From sequence record DRR723986_4705: 33,931 bases of DNA. The stretch is one strand, 5' to 3'. The notes beneath the pieces are model-generated. The model was given only the letters and a program-made list of their open reading frames with translations, was not told where the DNA came from and did not search any database. Shown here in pieces: positions 26,532-33,931 of this stretch; position 1 is the first letter of the stretch; every line of letters begins with the position of its first letter. The translations under genes were made by a program, and so were the position numbers.

Positions 26532-28055
26532 ATGAATTCAATTTTCGAAGATTCCCGTCCGAATTTTCTTTTGCTTTTCATATTTTTATTATTGTTTGTC
26601 GCATTGTGGTTTGCCTACCCGCATCACCTGATTATGAGTGACCCTTGGGCTTATTCTCAGCTCGGCTATAAAATTTCAACGGGTTCGTTTCTAGCCGAAG
26701 ATCCGGGCAACATATTCGTTCATCGGTTAGGGCCAACACTTGGAGCTGCGCTATTTTATAGCATCCTTGGCGTTAGTATCGTCTCTACAAATTTGTTTCC
26801 TTTGGTGTCGGCGATTATCGTTCTGACTGTTATCTGGTTTGCCCTGCCATCAACGTTTTCAAGAGTTTTTGGACTTCTGCTGTGCGCCTTGAACATCCAG
26901 TTTTTTCAGATGTCGGTGAACCTCTACCCGGACATCATTACTACCGCTTTTGTTGCGTTGTCTCTGCTGATATTAGCTAAAAGGGAGTGCATAGTTGAGT
27001 TAAAGTATGCCCCTGTAGTCTCGGTTATTGCCATGTTGGCGCTTTTCTACGCCTTTCTTGCCAAACTTTCTGCCTACTGGGTATTGCCCGTTTGGGTTGG
27101 TGTATTCTTTTTGGATCTGCGCAATAAGAAAATCTCAATAGCAAAGCGATTTTATCTGCCGTGCATTTTGACTGCTTTGGTTATCGGGTCGACTTACCTT
27201 TTATACAATTTTTGGGCGTGGGGTGACGCCCTTGTCAGATTTACCAATGTCAGCGCTGTTGTTGAGGCGGGCCTTTGGTCTATCAGTGGCGCGGAGTCTC
27301 GCGTTGTTCTCGTTGAAAGGCTTACTAGTGGAGTGTTTTATTTTCTGCTAGAGAATTATGGAATTATCTTAGTCCCGGCTGTGCTTCTTGCGAATTTTGT
27401 TCCCCGCGGTGTTGGTGTTTGGCTCTCTTATGCAATTCTTTCAACCGCTCTGTTCTGGTTTGGAACAACGAGTTTTACGTCATATCAACCGATGCCGCTC
27501 GTGCCGCGCATGATTCTGCCTAGCCTGCCTGCTTGGTGCATCGTGCTGGCCTACTGTTTGTCGAGAATTCGACTGCCTCTTGTCGAGAGTAGTCGTACTC
27601 CTGCAGCGATTCTTGCAGTTGGCTTGGTTGCTTACTCTGGATATTCGTTTTCTGGATATACAAGCAGTTGGCAAAGTTTGAGGGTCTATGAGAAAGAGGC
27701 GATCTCCATTGTCCGCGAGGACGCTCGCGCTAACCCAGAAGCTAAAATTTTGGTTATTTCTCTGGAATCCAGAAGCCCCGACTCGCTTAAGTTTTACTTC
27801 GGTTATGAATATCCGGATAACCTGCGCTTTGTTGCCGCAGCTGATATAGCTGAAAATCCCAGGCGTCTAAATCTCGATGGCGTGAGCAAGGTTTATATTT
27901 ATCAGAACATGGGTATGGCTTCATTTCTTAATCGGGCATATGGTCAGCCAGTTTATGACCTAAAGCCAGCTATTGGTGACGGTCAGCGCCTTTACGATGA
28001 CGGTGGTATTACTTTGGATGTCCGAGCTCCAAATCAGGCAGTAGTTCAGCAGTAG
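26532..28055 (+). CDS. Polytopic membrane glycosyltransferase (GT-C, ArnT/GT39-like)
   Basis: Many TM helices, D in the first loop (SDPWAY), YPD, LAK and PRMILP motifs, soluble C-terminal tail; AT-rich. Confidence 0.65.
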   Translation: MNSIFEDSRPNFLLLFIFLLLFVALWFAYPHHLIMSDPWAYSQLGYKISTGSFLAEDPGNIFVHRLGPTLGAALFYSILGVSIVSTNLFPLVSAIIVLTVIWFALPSTFSRVFGLLLCALNIQFFQMSVNLYPDIITTAFVALSLLILAKRECIVELKYAPVVSVIAMLALFYAFLAKLSAYWVLPVWVGVFFLDLRNKKISIAKRFYLPCILTALVIGSTYLLYNFWAWGDALVRFTNVSAVVEAGLWSISGAESRVVLVERLTSGVFYFLLENYGIILVPAVLLANFVPRGVGVWLSYAILSTALFWFGTTSFTSYQPMPLVPRMILPSLPAWCIVLAYCLSRIRLPLVESSRTPAAILAVGLVAYSGYSFSGYTSSWQSLRVYEKEAISIVREDARANPEAKILVISLESRSPDSLKFYFGYEYPDNLRFVAAADIAENPRRLNLDGVSKVYIYQNMGMASFLNRAYGQPVYDLKPAIGDGQRLYDDGGITLDVRAPNQAVVQQ

Positions 28056-28070
28056 CGCTCTGTGCAAGAA

Positions 28071-28922
28071 CTAGCGGATTCTTTCGGTGCGTCCCGGCCG
28101 CGCCGGTGCGCGGGTCGCCGGGAAAAAATCTCGCCAGTGACGCAGCTGGTAGGCGCGGCGGACGAAGGAGCGCCGTCGTTGTTTTAAGCGGTAAGCCAGG
28201 TCCTGGCGGCGGCTCATGCCGGTGGCTGCGCGGGTATTCTTCATCTTGGGAATGCTGGTCGCACCGGCCTGCTCGTAGATCAGGTGGGGCTCAACAGCGA
28301 AGCTGTGCAGGTCCCATTCCCAGAAATGGTCGAAGACCTTGTCGATTGGCTTATGGACGCGACTGGCGTAACGCAGGAATTTTTCCATCGCCTGGCGGTT
28401 GATCAGGTAGCCCTGGGTGCCACAGAGTCCCTTGATTGGGCGGATCAGGGAATGGCGCTCATCTAGTGGCTGGCAGACCTTACGCCGATGGCGTTTCAGC
28501 CCCATGAGGCGGACGTATTCAACCTGTCCCCCCAGTCGGGCCAGGCGCTCCACCGTCTTGCGGAAGCCTGGTTCCAGCCTGACATCGTCTTCCAGCACAC
28601 ACAGCCATTCCACCTCGGTCGCCAGCGTCTCTCGTACCACCCTGAGGTGTGACAGGTAGCAGCCGATTTCACTGTTGGTCAACGGTTGCGGCCTGTAGGC
28701 CTTCATGGCCTTTAAATCCAGTCGTTCCTCGCCGATGAGCGGGGGGCTCCCGCTGCGACCGTCCACCGCGTCGAAGATTTCGGCATTGATGCCTTCGGCC
28801 GTCAGGTCACCAATTAGTCCAGAGCACCGCGACGAACTGGCATCGAGAGATATCACCCGGTAGCGAATGTTCGGGGCGTCCTGTGGGCGAAGTTGTCCGC
28901 TGGTATTGGATTTGGTTTGCAT
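28071..28922 (-). CDS. Glycosyltransferase family 25 (LPS/LOS biosynthesis)
   Basis: VISL, FDAVDG, EIGCYLSH, VLEDD, GTQGYLI, PID. Start uncertain (28922 versus 28952). Confidence 0.9.
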   Translation of the reverse strand: MQTKSNTSGQLRPQDAPNIRYRVISLDASSSRCSGLIGDLTAEGINAEIFDAVDGRSGSPPLIGEERLDLKAMKAYRPQPLTNSEIGCYLSHLRVVRETLATEVEWLCVLEDDVRLEPGFRKTVERLARLGGQVEYVRLMGLKRHRRKVCQPLDERHSLIRPIKGLCGTQGYLINRQAMEKFLRYASRVHKPIDKVFDHFWEWDLHSFAVEPHLIYEQAGATSIPKMKNTRAATGMSRRQDLAYRLKQRRRSFVRRAYQLRHWRDFFPATRAPARPGRTERIR

Positions 28923-29045
28923 GGAATCCCGACAGTTTGACAGTTGAATCATGCGCCGGCGTTCAGCAGGCCGAGATGTCCCGGGGAGCGATTTGCCGGC
29001 GCAGGTGTTATAACACAGTCACTAGCCCACTGTGGAGCAAGGCTG

Positions 29046-29846
29046 ATGCCGAGGAAGCAAAAGCAAACCGCGTTGATCACGGGCGCATCATCGGGAATCG
29101 GAGAGGCGCTGGCCCATATTTTTGCCCGTGAAGGCTTTGATCTGGTGCTGGTAGCATGCAGCGGCGACAAGCTGCGGGCGCTTGCACGCAAGCTTGAGGC
29201 GGATTCGGATGCCGATGTGCAGGTCGTCACCGCCGATCTGGCGCGCAAGGGCGCAGCGGCCAGGCTACTGGCATGGATTCGCGAGACAGACACACGGATT
29301 GATGTGCTGGTCAATAATGCCGGGGTGCTTGAACACGGCGCGTTTGCTGAGCTTTCGCCGGCGGCACACCAGCGCATCATCCAGCTGAACGTGGCGGGCC
29401 TGACGGACGTGTTGGCCCACTTTGTCCCGCTGATGATCGAGCAGGGCGGCGGGCGTATCTGTAATGTGGCGTCTATCGCCGGGTTTATGCCGGTACCCAG
29501 CCTGGCATCGTATGCAGCGACCAAGGCCTATGTGCTGTCGCTGTCAGAAGCGCTGGGTGAAGAGCTGCGACAACACGGTATCACGGTCACTGCCCTGTGC
29601 CCCGGTATCACTGCTACCAATATGATCGCACGCGTGCAGAGCAGCAATGCCACGGTGGCGAAACTGCCGGATATGATGGTCAGTGACGTCGAGGAGGTGG
29701 CCTCGGAGGCGTTTCGCGCCTGTATGAAGGGCGTCCCGATCCTCGTGCCCGGGAAGCTGAATCTCGCGACCACCCTTGCGGCACGCTCCACGCCCAAGTG
29801 GCTGGTGCGGCGCTTGTCAGGCCTGCTGGGCCGATCGACGATCTAA
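29046..29846 (+). CDS. Classical SDR oxidoreductase
   Basis: TGASSGIG, NNAG, NVAS, YAATK, LCPG. ATG 29046 has a GGAG RBS. Confidence 0.92.
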   Translation: MPRKQKQTALITGASSGIGEALAHIFAREGFDLVLVACSGDKLRALARKLEADSDADVQVVTADLARKGAAARLLAWIRETDTRIDVLVNNAGVLEHGAFAELSPAAHQRIIQLNVAGLTDVLAHFVPLMIEQGGGRICNVASIAGFMPVPSLASYAATKAYVLSLSEALGEELRQHGITVTALCPGITATNMIARVQSSNATVAKLPDMMVSDVEEVASEAFRACMKGVPILVPGKLNLATTLAARSTPKWLVRRLSGLLGRSTI

Positions 29847-29861
29847 GCGGGCGCGAAGCAC

Positions 29862-30551
29862 TCAGTTGCGCGTGGCCTCGGCTGATTCGCGCGCCACGTC
29901 CTGCTCCCAGGTATCGTCAGCGCTGCCGCTATCGCGGAACATGTTCGGGTAGTACCTGTGGAAAACGCTCATCATCTCCTCGAAAGGGATGTCGAGGTGT
30001 TCGCCCCGGTCGTTGACGTATTCCATGTGTCGATTGCCCAGTTCGTCGAAGGGGTGGTACAGGCTGTCTGCGCGGCCGTCGAATTCCAGCGGTTTCAGGC
30101 GAAATTTTTCGCACAGGCTCAGGTTGAATGCGGGTGTGGCCTTCACCCACTGACCCTCCAGGTGCAGTGAGGTGTAGCCGTGGAAGTAGAACAGGTCGGT
30201 GCCCATGGACTCGCGCAGGCGCTGGGTAGAAAGGTGGTTGCGTACGTCCGCAAAACCGAGTCGCGCCGGAATACCAATACTGCGGCACAGCGCCGCCAAC
30301 AGCACCGCCTTGGAGACGCACCATCCTTGTCCGGCCGCCAGCGTTTGGCTTGCTCTCTGGTCTTCCCTGCGCTCACCGAGTGAATAGGGGTTGTAACGTA
30401 TCTCGTCGCGGACCCAGTAATACAGGGCCACCGCGTTATCGAGCTCAGTCCTGGTGCTGTTTGCCAGCTGCTTCGCCAGCGCGATAATGTCTGGGTGGTC
30501 GCTGTCCACACAGGCGCTGGGCTGCAGGTAGGGTGTAAGATCGTCAGTCAT
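29862..30551 (-). CDS. Transglutaminase-like family protein
   Basis: VRDEIRY, catalytic GWCVSKA, GIPARL, FHGY, WVKATPAF. Confidence 0.88.
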   Translation of the reverse strand: MTDDLTPYLQPSACVDSDHPDIIALAKQLANSTRTELDNAVALYYWVRDEIRYNPYSLGERREDQRASQTLAAGQGWCVSKAVLLAALCRSIGIPARLGFADVRNHLSTQRLRESMGTDLFYFHGYTSLHLEGQWVKATPAFNLSLCEKFRLKPLEFDGRADSLYHPFDELGNRHMEYVNDRGEHLDIPFEEMMSVFHRYYPNMFRDSGSADDTWEQDVARESAEATRN

Positions 30552-30633
30552 AGCCAGGGCAGGGTTCCGTTACGTGCAGTTGGTAGTGGTTCCCGCGTTA
30601 CCCCCAGCCTGGGCGGCGAGGGGAAGAGGCGGT

Positions 30634-31563
30634 CTACATCATGGCGCGCAGGTGGGTTTCCACGCTACGGGCCAGTGCCTCGATATTATACCCGCCCTCC
30701 AGGGCAGACACGATCCGGCCCCCGGCGCTGGCCTCTGCCTGCTCCACCAGAACCTCGGTTACCCACTGGTAATCTGCCTCCACCAGGTTCATGCCCGCCA
30801 TCTTGTCGTCCCGGTGCGCGTCGAAACCCGCGGAGATAATCATAAGCTCTGGCCTGAACGCCGCCAGCCGCGGCAGCCAGTATTGCTCAACTGCCGCGCG
30901 AAACGCCTCGCCAGCCGCGCCCTCCGGCAAGGGGACGTTGACGATATTGTCGGCAGTGCTGTCCGCACCGGAATTGGGATAGAACGGGTGCTGGAAGGTG
31001 GAGCAGAACAGAATGCGCTGGTCGCCACTGACGATCTGCTCGGTGCCATTGCCATGATGCACGTCGAAATCCACGATAGCGATGCGCTCCAGCCCGTGGT
31101 GTTGCAGGGCGTGATAGGCGGCGATGGCCACATTGTCGAAAAAGCAGAAGCCCATGGCGCGGTGGCGCTCGGCATGATGCCCGGGTGGCCGTACCGCACA
31201 GAAGGCGCGCAGCTTGTCGTTCGCCATGACCAGGTCCACGCCCAGGCAGGCGGCGCCGGCAGCGAGTTTAGCTGCCCGCACGGTATGGCGATTCATCGCC
31301 GTGTCCCCGTCCAGCCAGGCCAGACCATCCCCCGGCTGCTGGCCGAAGACGTGGTCTATATGATCCGCGTTGTGGGCGAGCTCGAGCTGCTCCCGTGTCG
31401 CCTCCGGCGCTGTATGCGGCTGTAGCTCAGCCTTAAGACCGCTGGACGTCAATTGTTCTTCGATAGCGGCCAGGCGAGCGGGTCGCTCCGGGTGGCGCGT
31501 GCCCATCTCATGCTTCAGGCAATCGGGGTGGGAGATATAGGCGATCATGGTTCTGTCGGCCAT
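30634..31563 (-). CDS. Histone deacetylase family (Zn-dependent amidohydrolase)
   Basis: HPERPARL, RPPGHHA, GFC, DFDVHHGNGT, SAGFD, LEGGY. Confidence 0.93.
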   Translation of the reverse strand: MADRTMIAYISHPDCLKHEMGTRHPERPARLAAIEEQLTSSGLKAELQPHTAPEATREQLELAHNADHIDHVFGQQPGDGLAWLDGDTAMNRHTVRAAKLAAGAACLGVDLVMANDKLRAFCAVRPPGHHAERHRAMGFCFFDNVAIAAYHALQHHGLERIAIVDFDVHHGNGTEQIVSGDQRILFCSTFQHPFYPNSGADSTADNIVNVPLPEGAAGEAFRAAVEQYWLPRLAAFRPELMIISAGFDAHRDDKMAGMNLVEADYQWVTEVLVEQAEASAGGRIVSALEGGYNIEALARSVETHLRAMM

Positions 31564-31823
31564 GCTGATTCCTCAATGGTCCCTGTGGGCGTACCGGGTT
31601 TACCCGCGTCAGCTTAGACCGGGTAGCGCGATGATGCTATTGCAGCGACCCAGGCCATAGTCCCGCCCTCGTCAGGTGGCGGGGGTTGTTATCGCCGGGC
31701 CGGGGGTATTCCCGAGAGGTTCCGTGCCGCCGTTGTGGCGAGACAACCGGAGCTCGCTGCTGTCGGTTAATCTGGCTACTCCCCGGAGGCGTACCAACAG
31801 CAAATTCCCCAGCCGTTAACACC

Positions 31824-32402
31824 ATGAAAGTTGCAAACCCACAGGGCAAGGGCCTGGTGCCTATGCTTGAGCACTGGCACGCGCTGCGGCCGGCACCGGC
31901 GGCCGCGAAGGATCCGGGCCGCCTGCTTGCAGATTACTGCCTGTCCTCGCTGATCCTGTCCTCGCGCTTCAGTTTCAAGCCGGTGGTTGGTCAAACCTAT
32001 TACCTGTACTGGTGCCAGAGCGAGTGGCGACTGTCGCTGGTGTCTCCCGAAGAGTGGGGCGCTCGCCACCCGGGATCCTATGCCGGCGCCTGTCAGTTGC
32101 AGACAGACCTCACCTGGCAGTTACTGGCCCCGGGTGATGTCGGGCATGATCAGGAACTTGCCGGCGCCCTCGGGGCGTTTCTGGAGGCCTTTGTCGATTC
32201 GATCGAGCAGGCTGATGACATCGAGAGTGCGCTGCCGAACTACCTGGCGCACCTGCCTTACTATCAACGGATGCTGGCGACAGGGCTGGCTACCTCGCTG
32301 AAATTCTCGGCGCGCAGGGCAGGGCTTGCCGGCCAGTCTGGCATGAAGCTGCTCGCCGCGGCCGGCCCGCTGGCACTTCCGGGCTTCGCCGGCCCGCGCT
32401 AA
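31824..32402 (+). CDS. DUF2452-like protein
   Basis: FKPVVGQTYYLY......LSLVSPEEW motif. Start placed at ATG 31824; the track's 31686 extension looks non-coding. Confidence 0.65.
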   Translation: MKVANPQGKGLVPMLEHWHALRPAPAAAKDPGRLLADYCLSSLILSSRFSFKPVVGQTYYLYWCQSEWRLSLVSPEEWGARHPGSYAGACQLQTDLTWQLLAPGDVGHDQELAGALGAFLEAFVDSIEQADDIESALPNYLAHLPYYQRMLATGLATSLKFSARRAGLAGQSGMKLLAAAGPLALPGFAGPR

Positions 32403-32497
32403 TCGCCGGCGGGCTACTCTCACGGCGTCCGTGCTTGCCTCGGGCCTGACCCGGCCGGTAAGCTGGCGCACTTTTTCACCGCCCTGGAGCCAGAGCC

Positions 32498-33271
32498 CTG
32501 GATAGCCTCGCCGCCTGGCAGTACATCGCCATTGCCCTGCTTTTCGTCTGGAGCGGTTTTGTGCGCTCTGGTCTGGGCTTCGGTGGCGCTGTCCTGACTC
32601 TGCCATTCCTGCTGATGGTGTATAACGCGCCGCTGTTCTTTCTGCCGATTATCTCGGTACACCTGCTGTTTTTCTCCGGGATGACGGTTGCACGGGCACA
32701 CCTGCGTACGCGCGCCAATGCGCAGCAGGAAGAGGGCACTGTGAACTGGATTTTCCTCAAGTTCGCGCTGCCGATCATGATAATCCCCAAGCTGATTGGC
32801 GTAGCGGGGGTGATTACCCTGCCTGCAGACATCGTGAGTGGCTTTATTTTCTTCATGGTGTCGATTTATGCGGTCAGCTATATCCTCGCCCGACCGTTCA
32901 AGAGCAAGAGCAAGACGGTTGATGTGCTGTTCCTGCTGGTTGGCGGTTATATCAGCGGGACCTCTCTAATAGCGGCGCCCCTGGTTGTCCCGGTGGCCGC
33001 GAGTCGCATGCCCCGTGAGCAGTTGCGTGACACGCTGTTTGTGCTGTGGTTTGTGCTGGTGGGGGTCAAACTCATTGCCTTCGTGCTGTCCGGCGTTGAT
33101 CTGCAGTGGCAGCACCACCTCTGGCTGCTGCCCTGTGCGGCGGTTGGCCACGTGCTGGGGCTGCGGTTCCACACCTACACTTTGCGTGCCGATACCGCGG
33201 TGTTTTTCCGTGTGCTGGGTGTCGGCTTGCTGCTGGTGAGTGTGGCGGGGCTGGCAAAGGTGCTGCTGTAG
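32498..33271 (+). CDS. TauE/SafE (TSUP) family membrane protein, probable CTG start
   Basis: SGFVRSGLGFGG first-helix motif, multiple TM helices, GGYISG. The frame is open from TAA 32459; GGAG lies 8 nt before CTG 32498. Confidence 0.8.
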   Translation: MDSLAAWQYIAIALLFVWSGFVRSGLGFGGAVLTLPFLLMVYNAPLFFLPIISVHLLFFSGMTVARAHLRTRANAQQEEGTVNWIFLKFALPIMIIPKLIGVAGVITLPADIVSGFIFFMVSIYAVSYILARPFKSKSKTVDVLFLLVGGYISGTSLIAAPLVVPVAASRMPREQLRDTLFVLWFVLVGVKLIAFVLSGVDLQWQHHLWLLPCAAVGHVLGLRFHTYTLRADTAVFFRVLGVGLLLVSVAGLAKVLL

Positions 33272-33327
33272 AGCAAGCCGCGAAAATTTCGGCTAATATT
33301 CCAGTAAGTCCAATCGAACAAGGCAGA

Positions 33328-33741
33328 ATGCTCATGCGTCACTTTTTATCCGGCGTTGCCGCAATCCTAGTGCTAATCACGTGCAATGCCGCGCTGGCGC
33401 AGGAAAAGGCCGGTATGGAAACGGACTGGCTGGAGTTCGTTAAAGGCTACAAGGGCGGTGTTCTTGGTGCCGAGGTCCGAGAGGCGCAACCTGGGAGTGC
33501 CGGCAAGGGTTCCACCTTGATGATTGCCATACCCAAGACGGCCATGGCGGACCCCTCGCAAATCGAAGAAGTGCGGGTCGTCGGCCAGGCGCCGCAGGAA
33601 ATCGACCTCCTGCCTGAATTCGAGTACGAGTGGGTGGAGGACTACGACAATGATTTCTATGGCCTGTTGATCCGCTTCCGGGAAGATTCCCAGATGCCGA
33701 TCCGGCTGTATCTGCACTCCGATACCGGCTTCCTCCGCTGA
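33328..33741 (+). CDS. Exported hypothetical protein
   Basis: Signal peptide ending ALA-Q and an acidic globular region; ATG at 33328 or 33334. Confidence 0.7.
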   Translation: MLMRHFLSGVAAILVLITCNAALAQEKAGMETDWLEFVKGYKGGVLGAEVREAQPGSAGKGSTLMIAIPKTAMADPSQIEEVRVVGQAPQEIDLLPEFEYEWVEDYDNDFYGLLIRFREDSQMPIRLYLHSDTGFLR

Positions 33742-33804
33742 GGCTCTGAGCCGAGTCAGGGCCGTCTTTATTGGCTCTGGCCGCAGGGCACTAATAAGGA
33801 ATTA

Positions 33805-33817
33805 AATCAAGCGCTTA
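33805..33817 (+). promoter_or_regulatory. IHF-consensus site upstream of the tRNA promoter
   Basis: AATCAAGCGCTTA matches WATCAANNNNTTR, with an AT-rich 5' flank. Confidence 0.4.
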
Positions 33818-33855
33818 GCAGCGCGGAGGATCCGCCTGGCGCCTCCCGGACAGAC

Positions 33856-33884
33856 TTGACTTGCCCCAGTGACATCCCTATAGT
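33856..33884 (+). promoter_or_regulatory. Sigma70 promoter of tRNA-Arg
   Basis: TTGACT, 17 bp, TATAGT, followed by GC-rich discriminator ACGCCCC, 13 nt before the tRNA. Confidence 0.85.
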
Positions 33885-33897
33885 ACGCCCCCTCAAC

Positions 33898-33931
33898 GCG
33901 CCTGTAGCTCAGCTGGATAGAGTACCTGGCT
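33898..33931 (+). tRNA. tRNA-Arg, 5' part (probably ACG; truncated just before the anticodon)
   Basis: GCGCCTG-TA-GCTC-AGCTGGATA-GAGT-A-CCTGG-CT. The D-loop A20 and TAGCTCAGCTGGATAGAGTAC are typical of tRNA-Arg(ACG). Confidence 0.85.

Noticed and set aside
30574-31425. 283-aa + strand ORF
   Set aside because: Antisense shadow of the HDAC-family gene.
31564-31823. Possible riboswitch or ncRNA in the 260-bp divergent intergenic region
   Set aside because: Only short GC hairpins (e.g. CCCGCC/GGCGGG); no recognisable aptamer consensus.
33106-33327. N-terminal extension of the last ORF in the track
   Set aside because: Overlaps the TauE gene in another frame; the signal peptide begins at ATG 33328/33334.

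Overview
GC-rich gammaproteobacterial chromosome segment; the gene mix resembles marine Halieaceae/OM60-NOR5, which is inferred from gene content only. It runs from the 3' end of a tRNA-Ser (1-27) to the 5' part of a tRNA-Arg (33898-33931, preceded by a near-consensus sigma70 promoter). About 30 CDS lie between them, mostly metabolic or envelope genes, with no integrase, transposase, phage structural gene or CRISPR array. The most unusual feature is a small array directly after the tRNA-Ser: two ~185-188 bp units, each ending in a copy of the tRNA 3' end. The two units differ in sequence but keep the same five-hairpin architecture, with compensatory base changes and GNA triloops. Each unit core looks inserted into the tRNA T-loop, suggesting miniature non-autonomous tRNA-targeting elements or a structured ncRNA. 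A second candidate system is a TonB receptor / TetR / ACO-like carotenoid oxygenase / retinol-dehydrogenase-like SDR cluster, possibly for carotenoid or retinoid uptake and breakdown. Smaller observations: a lipoprotein gene split by one in-frame TAG, a probable CTG start codon, a low-GC glycosyltransferase, and orphan signalling and immunity-like genes. All protein calls come from motifs recognised by eye; no searches were run.
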